Origin: Selaginella moellendorffii
Lineage: Eukaryota > Plantae > Lycopodiophyta
Direction of reading: 5' to 3'
DNA length: 64,000 nucleotides
Assembly (NCBI RefSeq): GCF_000143415.4
Contig: NW_003314266.1
Span: forward strand, 3,937,674-4,001,673
The notes beneath the pieces are model-generated. The model made no database searches. It saw only the letters and a list, made by a program, of their open reading frames with translations, and was not told the origin of the DNA. The translations under genes were made by a program, and so were the position numbers. Below, one piece after another: positions 1 through 10,287 of this stretch. The number at the start of each line of letters is the position of its first letter. The first letter of the stretch is position 1.

Positions 1-146
1 CGACGACTTTCCGGTCCGAGCTTGTCAAGGTTGCGGACAGGATCTATGGTGTGACGCACAAGAACAGAGTGAGCCGAGTGGACGTTATCAGCAAAGACGA
101 CGCTCTGCAGTTTATCGAGCAGGATCAAACCCACCACAACGAGTGA
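1..146 (+). CDS. SMC3: 3' end of cohesin subunit SMC3 (partial, runs off window)
   Basis: Frame 3 translates TTFRSELVKVADRIYGVTHKNRVSRVDVISKDDALQFIEQDQTHHNE*, the characteristic C-terminus of plant SMC3; TGA at 144-146. Confidence 0.88.
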   Translation, partial: TTFRSELVKVADRIYGVTHKNRVSRVDVISKDDALQFIEQDQTHHNE

Positions 147-444
147 CTTTTCGGGACTTGGGAAAGAGTTTGGTCCCTCTCTTTCTTTTCCTTTCCTCTC
201 TTACTCGCGTATACGCTTTGTGCAGCTGACTGACTCTTAACAGCGCTTCGTTTTGTAAATTTTCACAAGCTCTACTAAATACGATCTTTGGATGTTTTTG
301 TCAGTTGTACACCCTTTCTTCTTGGCAAACTCCGAGCCAGAAAGTTTCTCGACTGAGGTATCAGATTGATTGAGTCGCATTATTCCATAAACTAGTGCGT
401 CTAATGGACTCGTTTGTGAAAAAAGAGCCGATTTTTCTGTCCAC

Positions 445-1816
445 ATGAGTCTGTTCCTTCCAGGTTTCCAGTACAAGGCGCCCTCTTCGTTGCACTCCCA
501 GTTTCATCGCTCCAATGTCAAGGTAAAACACAAAGCTTTCATTGCGAGGGACTTAAATGTTTTCCGCACAGATGTGTATCAATTCGATCGGAGTGCTCAG
601 GCCTCGAGCTGCTCGGCCAATTCCAAATCTTTTAGCGGATGATTTCAGGCATCCTCTGGACCAGCAGGTGCTCAATTTCTGCAAGTCATTGTCTCTAGCC
701 AGTGAATTTTTTTATGCAGAACACGGCAATCTTGCGGGTCATTCCAGGACTTCCTGAGATTGGAAAGCTTATTCTAGGTGGACTTTAACGCTTGTCGATT
801 TGATTTTTTATTAAGAGTTTTTATTCTGTCAAGCAGGGCCTGTGGCAGAGCAAGTGATGCTCTTAGAGAACATAGCTAGTTCTGTCAAAGTTAACGACAA
901 ACAGGTACCAATCCTTCTGAAGTTCTTTTAGTCTTTTCTAATGACTTCTGTTCCAGCTGCCTCATCTTCATGACTTAATCACAGAGGCTTCTACCATACT
1001 CGGGTTGGAATCGCCTCCAGATTTGTATGTTCGGCAGAATCCCGTTCCAAATGCCTACACTTTGGCCATCGCCGGAAAAAAGCCATTCATTGTGTTGCAT
1101 ACAAGCATCATAGAGCTTCTCAAGCCAGCTGAGCTTCAGGTCAGTAGTTTTTCGTTTTGGTTGTGTACGTCTCTCAAGTGTTAAACTACAGGCAGTGATT
1201 GCTCACGAACTTGGTCACCTGAAATGCGATCATGGCATATGGCTAACGTTTGCAAACATTCTTGCAATGGGAGCCTACTCCCTGCCCGGTAATTATCTAA
1301 AACTTTTTCCAGTCCAAAGCTTACAGTTTCGATTGACGATCAAGCAGGATTGGGAACTGTTATTGCTCGCAATCTCGAAGAGCAGATATTTAGATGGGTG
1401 AGAGCTGCCGAACTAACTTGTGATCGAGCAGCTCTTCTCGTGGTTCGTGATCCCGACGTAAGTAGTAAAAACTCTCTTCATTTCTCCGTGCTGATGGTTG
1501 TCTGAGAACTTTCAGGTGGTGATCTCTTTGCTAATGAAACTCTCAGGTGGATGCCCATCACTTGCAAACCAGCTAAACGTCCAAGAGTTTCTGAAACAAG
1601 CTCGTTCGTACGACGAGGCTTCCGCCAGTCCTCTAGGATGGTATCTCAGGCGAGTGATATATCCTCGGATCATTGCCTATCGCTCTCTCACACTTTCTCA
1701 ACAGGAACGCTCAAACGAGGCAGCTCTCGCATCCATTGCCAGTCTTGAGAGCTCGGGAGATCGATCAATGGGGTCGAAGCACCCAATACAAAGCATTAGT
1801 GGCTCGTAAGTTCTAG
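445..1816 (+). CDS. Peptidase M48 (Ste24/HtpX-like) zinc metalloprotease, PGM48-like, multi-exon
   Basis: Exons give DDFRHPLDQQ, PDLYVRQNPVPNAYTLAI, AVIAHELGHLKCDHG (HExxH), RAAELTCDRAALLV and QLSHPLPVLRAREID; ~50-60 bp introns; TAG 1814-1816. Confidence 0.88.
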
Positions 1817-1903
1817 CAAATTCTTACACAATTTCCAGGACACAGAGCTGTACATACGATAGAATGAATAGAATAAATAAGCGAACTATATCCATAGCGG
1901 TTC

Positions 1904-3435
1904 TTAGTTGAAGTCTTCTGGAACAACAGGATACGAAGCGCAAGTAGCAATGCCTGAAAGCAAGAAAAACTTTTCACTAGGAAAAAGAGTGATGATGAAT
2001 GTGAGCACGTACCACACATGTTCTTGCCCATTTCCATGTAAAAGTATCCATCCAGCCCAAAGGACTCGCCCCACGAGTTTTTGATGATCCAGTATGGAAC
2101 TGGTGCGTCTCTGTTGTATCCAACTGCGAGGACAGCATGGTTCACAGTCTGCGAATTTTTTCGATCAGCTGTTTAGTCTCTCACACAAAGGAGAAAAGAA
2201 AGTAAAGGAAAGAACTTACGTCTGGACCGGTGCCACAAACGTTGCTCGTGTAAACACCCGACTTGTAGAAGCGGAAGTCTTTCAGGACCTCGTATGCAAT
2301 GCTAACGGGCCTGTTGAACGCGACCGCATGGATAAGCTCGTCCTCCGCGCCCTGTTTTCGCGAAAGAAAAAGAAACCATTCGTTAGCAACGAAGCATCGT
2401 TGTTGCCTGTGGAAATCGTACCTCGGTGATGTTCACCACGTCGTAAACCTTGGCTCCAATCGAATTCTGGTTGTACATGCATTTGCCATCGTGTGCGGTG
2501 TAGGGGTAAGAGTCCTCGGTGTCCAATCCACCGTTGTACCTGATGTACTCGAAGGCTTGCGATGGAAGTCCTCCGCTGCAGCCAAAGTTGTTATATCCTC
2601 CAGCGCAATCCACTAGCTGCTGCTCCGACAGAACAACCATTTTCCCTGTGGCTTGAGCGTGAGCAGACTCTAGAGCACCCGTTGTGCTTCACGAACAAGG
2701 ACGAGAACCTGTGAGATCCAAAAACTCCAACTTGTGAATAGAAACTACACTACCTGAAAGTCCAGCATGATCCGCAGTGTTGCTGGTTTTTGACAGGACT
2801 AACGATCTTATCATCACGCCAGTCTTTCTGTGAAGAATCATAGCTTAGATAGACGATGAAGAACAAGATAAACACTTGGTTTTTCTTGCTACCTTCGATG
2901 GCGGAGTAAGGAACGCTCGGACAGAGTTCGTAGCGGTCGCGGAACAGTTTTGCGAGCTGAAAAGGTTGTGCTTTTTAAATTCCTCCCATGACATGTCGGC
3001 AAACTCTGCAAATCCACAAGAGTCCAAGCCAAGAATGAGTACAAACAGCGCTCGAATCTTTTTCCTTTTCCTGACTTACGGTTCACAGCAAGCGTGTAAG
3101 GCAGTTCCTTCCGGTTGGTCTCTTCAATCAGCTCCAAATTGCGAGAAAACGTAACAAATCGTTCCCGGAGCTCCACAAGCGATCCATACACCCTCTTGTG
3201 CCTGCGCTCTTGATAAATACCGCACAGATCGAGCAAAGAATAGCCCATACCTGGTAGCGAATTCGTGGAATCGAGCGACCTTGTGACCCTCTCCGAGCAG
3301 CTCCGTGAATCGCGCAGGAGAGATCCCGTCGATTACCATGGAGATGGCGCTGCTATCGTCGAGGAATCGCGCCGTGGAGAGAGAAATGGCCGCCATGGCC
3401 AGAGCCATTGCCAGCGCCATCGCTAGCTGAGCCAT
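1904..3435 (-). CDS. Aleurain/cathepsin H-like papain (C1A) cysteine protease, multi-exon
   Basis: Signal peptide, ERFNIN-type prodomain, minichain [70 protein letters not shown]. Confidence 0.93.
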
Positions 3436-3577
3436 AGCAAAGAGTCAAAAATATCGGCTACTCACCCTAGCGCACTGAATCTATATAGAGATTCCATCCC
3501 ACGTCCCCGGAGATTCCGGAATAATTCCTGGCGCCAAAATAATTAACTGATGCTCTGCTTTTAGGGTTCTAGCGTGC
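3389..3577. repeat. Aleurain 5' end/divergent promoter, copy 1 of a direct duplication (copy 2 at 7208-7325)
   Basis: Shared blocks GCCGCCATGGC, CTCACCCTAG..CTGAATCTATATAGAGATTCC and AACTGATGCTCTG.TTTTAGGGTT.TAGCGTG. Confidence 0.85.
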
Positions 3578-4573
3578 CTATCATCAAGATATATAGTTTC
3601 CTTCTTTTGTTACAATCTTTCTTTCTAGGCAGGTAAAAGCATTATCAAGTTCCACCTTTCAGGAAGCGCTTTATACTATCGGCGATAGTCCAGTTTCTTC
3701 GTTTAAGATTTGATGTTCTGTTCCAGCTTCGGACAATGGAACCGATTAAGATTTGGCTTCGCTTCACTACATCGTGGCATGGATTGGTTGGGTTTGCTTC
3801 CTGTAGAACACATACGGTTTTCGTAAAACACTCTGCCATAAATGCGACGTGGGAAAACCAATATGAGATTAGATTTTTGTTGTTCTTCGAAATCGAAACT
3901 TCTGGAATACATGGCACAGACTCAGGTGTTTTCTTTTCTTTTTTCTTTCTTTTTGAAAGAGTTCTTCAATGACAAGATGGATCTGATTTCTCATTCAACA
4001 ATTTAACAGTTGATTGCTCGAACGTTGGTCTGCTTAAAAGCCTAAAGCTGGAGGTCGGATAATCGCCATAGCAACGCCACGGGGGACCTGGTGGCGAAGT
4101 TCTGGATATTGAGATCTATCACAAGAAAAACAGCACCTTGAATGGATTGCCCACCGTAAGTAAAGCACTGATAGATTACCGGCATAGAGGATCAGATTTA
4201 GAATGCTGATGGTTATTCTCCCGGATTTGCTCGTGGATGCGGTACCTGGGTTCTTAATGCTGGCGAATTATCGCAGAGTGGAGCCACTGTCTCCTACCTG
4301 GATCATATTGAACTTGGACGAATGACTCGAGGAATGGAAGAGCATGGGAAGAAGTAAGCTTCTCTTACTCTATATATTTATCCTTCGAATCTAAGCCGCA
4401 TTGATACAGGTTCTTCCTGTTCTTGTTGTCTATTATGGCTTTGAAGAAGCGATGGTTGTCAAATGTGAAGAAAACAGAGAGAAGGTTAGAAATAAAAACT
4501 CGTCCAGGATTTCTAGCTACGAAAAAAAAAAAGGATTACCTCTTGTTTTATCTGCTACTCGAAACAGATATTC

Positions 4574-5281
4574 ACGTGGCCAAGGAGACGTGGCGGCAGG
4601 TAGCAAAAGCGACGAGGGAACTAGGGGACAAGCAGGATTTCGAGATTCGAGAAGGGGATGTCACCCAATGGTTTCCAGAGGCAAGGGGACCATGCACAGG
4701 AGCAGCTTGGCGGAAGATCGGGTGTTGGGGACGCTCAGGATGGGGCACCCGAGTTAGGTGGGACGCGGTAGGCGCTGAAGTTGGGACTACAGTGTGGGAG
4801 GCCCTTGGACGGCCGAGATGGGAGGTATGGCGGGCTTCCGGGGTACAGGCACTCTGGGAGGCTCGGAACCGCAACCACTTCGAAGGGCAGTGCGCTCGGA
4901 TTTCAGCGATCATGGCGAATTGGTGGAGGCTCACACTGGCTGCTATCCGCTTGAGGGATATGCTGCTCCAGGAGCATGGGAAAAACAGGGAGGCACTCAC
5001 AGCTTGGTGACGACTATGGACTCTGTGCTACGGAACTGAACACGAGGGGGAGGTCAAGTGGAAATGGAGACCTTCGGACACGGTAACAAAGGAGGCTCGA
5101 CGTGGCGATCTGGCACTGGATGCACTGCGGAGGCGACGACCACAGCAGCCACGATTGGAGGGCAACAATCACTGTTAGGTGGAGAATTGCAGGACAGCGT
5201 AGTTGAGTGAGCAGCGCTAAGAGATTCTTGTTTTTTGTATCAGTCCCTAATGGACTTGGAGAAATGTACATACACGTTGCA
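4574..5281 (+). mobile_element. 5'-truncated LINE-like retroelement fragment with 15-bp target-site duplication
   Basis: TCGAAACAGATATTC at 4559-4573 and 5282-5296; GC-rich insert encodes ALWEARNRNHFEG, resembling the WxxWxxRNxxxF motif of LINE ORF2 C-termini. Confidence 0.75.
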
Positions 5282-5698
5282 TCGAAACAGATATTCTAAG
5301 AATATCTAGTATATCCATCGTCTTGTGCTTGAAACAAATCCACCACCCAGAATCCAGCGAAAATGTAATGGAAGCTCTCGAGTTTTACAAGGAGCTACTT
5401 CTTACTCGTGTTGATGGATTTGCTAATGCCCGTGATGTGCTACCAGCTAATCTTCATACCGCTAACGTTTGATGTAAGAACCATTGTTTCTTGGGGTTCT
5501 TGTTCGGCCTCCCAATCCCGAAAGTATTGAACCAATAGTATCGCTATGAGCTCACATGAGAATCGCTTTTGTTCCGTCACAGGCATTATCAAATCCATCA
5601 ACACGAAATCTACTGTGAAGGTATATCTGTGCCCCATACTTTCTTTCAACCTTTTTGCAAAATCTCATTTAAGGATAACTGTTTCCTTGGGCTAGGGT

Positions 5699-7011
5699 AT
5701 GGGTCCGGTTGGAGGCTATATCAATATTTCGGAGAAGAAGCAAAAGCGGCACTGGGATGGTATGATCGGCAAGGTGAGGAACAAAATTACAGGTACTCTG
5801 GATCATCCCATCTGGTCCCAGCTGCCTTTGGAACTCCAGCTCCACATTCTAAACTTCTTGCCACTCCCGGCACTTTGCCGTGGAAAGAGCGTCTGCAAGG
5901 CTTGGAAGTCCGCAATCCAGGGCTTGGGATATAGCAAAGCTCACAGGTTTTGCAATGGGCAGTGGTATATCATGAACGGTGATAACGCTGTTGGTCTCTG
6001 TGATGGAAATTCAAGGCCTCTTTCATGGAAGATGATCCAGTTACCTTACGAGATACACACAGAAAGTATCTGTGTGTCTTCGGCCGGGCTTGTTCTTGCA
6101 TACTTTCCCTTGGACAGGCCACAAAATATAATGGTTTGGAACCCCTTAGATTTAAGTTCCTTGGTGAAGCTGCCTCCACCACCTGGTTCTAAGCCAACCA
6201 TAGTTTTCGTGGCAATCCAATCTTCAGTTGGTAGTGACCACAGGCCTTGGTTTTCCGTGGTTTGTGTTCGGGGAGTGAAGCCAAGGGATACAGGCGCACG
6301 CCATCTAGTTCTACAGGTTTATGATTCGAGATCTCAGAAATGGGTCTCATCTCGTCGAGTATTCACAGGGAGGGATGAGATTGCCCAGACTTGCTTTAAG
6401 GAAAACACCGATTGCATGCTTCTACGGGATGACAAGCTCTACTTTATCACGATCACAAGGGACAACAGAAGATCGCTCAAGTGTGTTAACGTGTGGGATT
6501 CAGAGTGCAAGATGGCGACTTTGGCAACCTGGACGAGTCTTCCCATGGACTTGCATCAAGAAACATACGACCCCCCATGCCTGTACAATAACACCTCACT
6601 TGTTTACTGTGCTGGTAAGCTTCTTCTTTTCTTTTTTCTCTATTTATGCATGGTTTTTTAAACTGGGTTTCAGGAAAGCTGGTGCTCGCAAACTTTATCC
6701 TGGATGCACAAACCCTTGGTTTTGTCTATCTGGACGAAGCATCCAGACAATGGCGACCCTTAGCAACAATGCCAAGAGAGATTATGCCGGCAGAGCTTAG
6801 AAATCTTGGGCTGCGAGCAAGCAATATCCATCAGTGGAGTTTGGTAGTAGCGGGAGGTGAGGCAGAGATCACCTTGTTTCTAAGTCACTTCGAGGGATTG
6901 TGTTGGGGTTGCATTTACAATGACGAGACCGGTGTCTGGCAATCTGTCTTTGGCCAAAGGTTTGAGGGTAGCATGTTGTATCCTTTTAAGCCATCATTAG
7001 TCTCCATTTAG
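5699..7011 (+). CDS. F-box protein (one intron 6615-6673)
   Basis: F-box motif IWSQLPLELQLHILNFLPLPALCRGKSVCKAW; VWNPL and VYDSRSQKW F-box-associated motifs; a GT..AG intron joins ORFs 5699 and 6646 in frame. Confidence 0.85.
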
Positions 7012-7207
7012 ATAGTGTGGTTATTGTGACTTGGTGTGAATATAACAATTTGATTTATATTTCAAGTTCCTTGATCTCTAAGTCTCCTCTTGGCGATCAA
7101 ATAGCACAGAATAAATCCAAGTTGTTCTTACTGAGAATTTGCAAAATGCTCTTTGAAGATGAATTAACTTCATCTTTAATTTTATAAAATTAGCAAATAA
7201 AGCAATC

Positions 7208-7325
7208 GCCGCCATGGCAGACGCTAGAGTAAAAACTATCGCTTTCTCACCCTAGTGCGCTGAATCTATATAGAGATTCCAACTCTTGCCGCCAACTGAT
7301 GCTCTGTTTTTAGGGTTTTAGCGTG
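7208..7325. promoter_or_regulatory. Duplicated promoter segment (TATA-like TATATAGA, telo-box-like TTAGGGTT) directly upstream of the PPR ATG
   Basis: Homologous to 3389-3577; ends 4 bp before ATG 7330. Confidence 0.6.
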
Positions 7326-7329
7326 GCCG

Positions 7330-10287
7330 ATGCAATCTGAGACCGCGCTCGCGAATCGAGTGAGGAATTGCGGCGATCTCGAGCACGCAAGGAAGATTCA
7401 CGCGGTGATTCTCGGTAGCGACCACAGGCACAGCAGATATCTCTCGAATTTGCTCGTGGAAGCCTATGGAAAGTGCGGAAGCTTGGACGATGCCACGGCG
7501 GTGTTCGATGCGATCGGCGAGCCCAATTCTTACTCGTGGAATCTTCTGCTCCGCGCCTACACCCACAATCGTGAGCTCCGCAGGGCAGAAGAGATCTTTG
7601 CGAGGATCCCGGAAAGAGATCGCGATGGCGTGGCGTGGACGACGATCATCTCGGCGTATGCCCGCGCTGGACAGATCCACGACGCGCGGAGGCTGCTGGA
7701 GAGGATGCCTCGCCTGGAGAAGAAGTTGGCGCTCACGACGATGATCACGGCGTATGCCCAGCGCGGGCATTTGCAGGAATCGCAAGCTATGTTCGATCAA
7801 ATCGCCGACAAGGACACCGCGTGCTGGAATGCCTTGCTCACTGCGTATGCAAACAATGGAGAAACGAATCGTGCAAAGGCGATCTTCGATCAGATGGGCG
7901 ATCGAGACAGGATCTCCTGGACCGCGCTTCTCACAGCATTTGCCAAGAATGGGCAAATTCAAGAAGCGTGGAAACTCTTTGATGTTATGCCCAAAGAGCT
8001 CAAGGCATCCAGCGCCTATAACACGATGATGAGCGCTTGCATTGCGTCAGACAACATCTCTGAAGCTCGAGCTCTCTTTGATCAGATGGACATCCGGGAC
8101 ACCGTATCGTGGAATCTCCTAATCACTGGCTACGCAAGGCTTGGAAGTGTGGATATGGCACGAGCAATCTTTGATGCCATGCCAGAGAGAGATGTTGTAT
8201 CATGGAATTCCATTCTTACAGCAAATGCTCAGCAAGGGCATGCCAAGGAATCGCAACGAATCTTTGATGAGATGCCTTGCCGCGACTTGGTATCGTGGAA
8301 TGCTCTAATTGCTGCCTATGCGATGGAGGGTAGTTTAGGTCGGGCTAAGCTTTTGTTTGATCAAGCTCCAGTTAGAGATAGTGTGACATGGAAATCTCTT
8401 CTAACAGCATACGCCCATAATGGGCATATTGAGGATGCTGAAATTTTGATCCAGAAAATGCCCTTACGGTGCTTGAGCGCGTGCACGGCCATGATCATGG
8501 GGTACGGACAGAATGCCCTGGTGATTCCAGCACGGAATCTCTTCAATGACATGCCCGGCTGGGACATTCTGACTTGGAATTGCCTGCTCAATGCCTACGT
8601 CCAGAATGGCCACCTTCTGGACGCACGAGGTTTGCTGGAAGAGATGCCCGAGCACGACGCTGCATCGTGGAACGTCCTTCTCGCCGCTAGCAAAGATGCG
8701 CGTGAAGCAAAGAGGATCTTTGATCGAATCCTGTATAGAGACATCGTTTCATACAACGCAATCATCTCTGGATACGCACAGAGCGGAAATCTGGACAAGG
8801 CGAGCGCGCTCTTCGATCGAATGCCGGAGAGGGACGTGATCTCCTGGAACACGATGGTCACCGCGTATACCCAAAACAATGATCTACCTCGAGCGATCGA
8901 GCTGTTCCAGGAGATGCCCGAGAAGGATGTGATCACCTGGAACACGATGCTGGGCGCCTATGCTCAAAACGGGGATCTAGAGAAGGCGAGGAGCGTTTTT
9001 TATGAGATGCCACAGCAGGCACTGTCGTCCTGGAACGCGATGCTCGCAGCCTACATCCAATCCGGGCACACCGACGAGGCCAAGCGATTCTTCGCCGAGA
9101 TGCCGCAGAGGAACATCCTGTCCTGGAACACGATCCTGGGAGCGTGCTCGAGAGTCGAGGAAGGAAAAGCCTTCTTCGATACGATGCCTGCCAGGGACAT
9201 CGTCTCGTGGAACTCGATGATCTGGGCATACTCCCAGGGTGGTGATGTCGCCAGCGCCAAGACCCTCTTCGATTCCATGCCAATCCGGCAAACTTCGTCG
9301 TGGAACGCAGTGATCGGAGCTTACGCCAGCGCCAACGATCTCATCCACGCGAGAGAGCTCTTCGATGAGATGCCGCAGCGAGATCTAGTGTCGTGGAACA
9401 CCATAATCTCTGCGTATGCTCGCGAAGGAATCAGCGATGCCGTGACCCTCTTCGATCAAATGCCCGAGAGAGACGCTGGATCGTGGATTGCTGTGGTGGC
9501 CGGCTGCATTGGAGCTGGATTAACCCAGAGAGCCAAGGAGTTCTTCCAGATCTGTCCAGACAAGGAAGCCATTGCGTCGCTCATGATCGCGATGCTTGCC
9601 GAGAAGGGCGATCTAGAAGCCGCAAGGAGCGCGTTTGATGGCCTCCACAATCCCCAGCTCGTGGAGTGCAACGCGATCATCACGGCCTACGCGCAGCAAG
9701 GATATCCGAGAGAAGCGCGCGAGCTCTTCAACGCAATGACGTGGCGGGATACCGTGACGTGGAATGCCATGGTGGCAGCATATTCCCAGAACGGAGACCT
9801 AGATGCGGCTCTCTTCCTCGCGGCGACCATGCCGGAGCAAACTCTGGTGTCGATCAACGCGATAATCACCGCGCTCGCCTCCACTGGCCACTGGATCGAG
9901 GCGTTCTATCGATTCCGGCGGATGCTGATCCAGGGCTTCGATCCCGACGGCATTACATTCGTCACGATCCTCGCGGCGAGCGGCGGCTGCGCGGTCGATT
10001 GCTCCAAGAGCTTCGTCGCCATGGCAGTGGATTTCGGCGTGGAGCCCGGGATCAAGCACTACAGCTGCCTGATCGACGCGCTGTGTAGATCCGGTCAGGA
10101 AGAAGCCGCGCAGCAGGTGCTGCGATTGATGCCAATCGTGCCGGATGCTGTGACTTGGACGAGCTTGCTGACAGCGTGTGGAATACATGGCTCGCCCGGA
10201 AGATCCCTAATCGCGAAGAACGCCACACGCGGCAAGGGGGCCTCCCCTTATGTGTTACTTTCAAATATTCTAGCTAGTAGTTTTTAG
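7330..10287 (+). CDS. PLS-class PPR protein (985 aa), long S/SS-type array, short E domain, no DYW
   Basis: Intronless ORF with more than 25 repeats like FDxMPERDVVSWNxxIxAYAQxG; C-terminal HYSCLIDALCRSG..VTWTSLLTAC..YVLLSNI. Confidence 0.93.
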   Translation: MQSETALANRVRNCGDLEHARKIHAVILGSDHRHSRYLSNLLVEAYGKCGSLDDATAVFDAIGEPNSYSWNLLLRAYTHNRELRRAEEIFARIPERDRDGVAWTTIISAYARAGQIHDARRLLERMPRLEKKLALTTMITAYAQRGHLQESQAMFDQIADKDTACWNALLTAYANNGETNRAKAIFDQMGDRDRISWTALLTAFAKNGQIQEAWKLFDVMPKELKASSAYNTMMSACIASDNISEARALFDQMDIRDTVSWNLLITGYARLGSVDMARAIFDAMPERDVVSWNSILTANAQQGHAKESQRIFDEMPCRDLVSWNALIAAYAMEGSLGRAKLLFDQAPVRDSVTWKSLLTAYAHNGHIEDAEILIQKMPLRCLSACTAMIMGYGQNALVIPARNLFNDMPGWDILTWNCLLNAYVQNGHLLDARGLLEEMPEHDAASWNVLLAASKDAREAKRIFDRILYRDIVSYNAIISGYAQSGNLDKASALFDRMPERDVISWNTMVTAYTQNNDLPRAIELFQEMPEKDVITWNTMLGAYAQNGDLEKARSVFYEMPQQALSSWNAMLAAYIQSGHTDEAKRFFAEMPQRNILSWNTILGACSRVEEGKAFFDTMPARDIVSWNSMIWAYSQGGDVASAKTLFDSMPIRQTSSWNAVIGAYASANDLIHARELFDEMPQRDLVSWNTIISAYAREGISDAVTLFDQMPERDAGSWIAVVAGCIGAGLTQRAKEFFQICPDKEAIASLMIAMLAEKGDLEAARSAFDGLHNPQLVECNAIITAYAQQGYPREARELFNAMTWRDTVTWNAMVAAYSQNGDLDAALFLAATMPEQTLVSINAIITALASTGHWIEAFYRFRRMLIQGFDPDGITFVTILAASGGCAVDCSKSFVAMAVDFGVEPGIKHYSCLIDALCRSGQEEAAQQVLRLMPIVPDAVTWTSLLTACGIHGSPGRSLIAKNATRGKGASPYVLLSNILASSF

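Noticed and set aside
3640-5475. Exon-like segments flanking the LINE fragment
   Set aside because: They contain stops and I cannot assign a family, so they are not listed as a feature
7318-10264. Many overlapping or antisense ORFs inside the PPR genes
   Set aside because: Shadow ORFs of GC-rich coding sequence with no recognisable motifs
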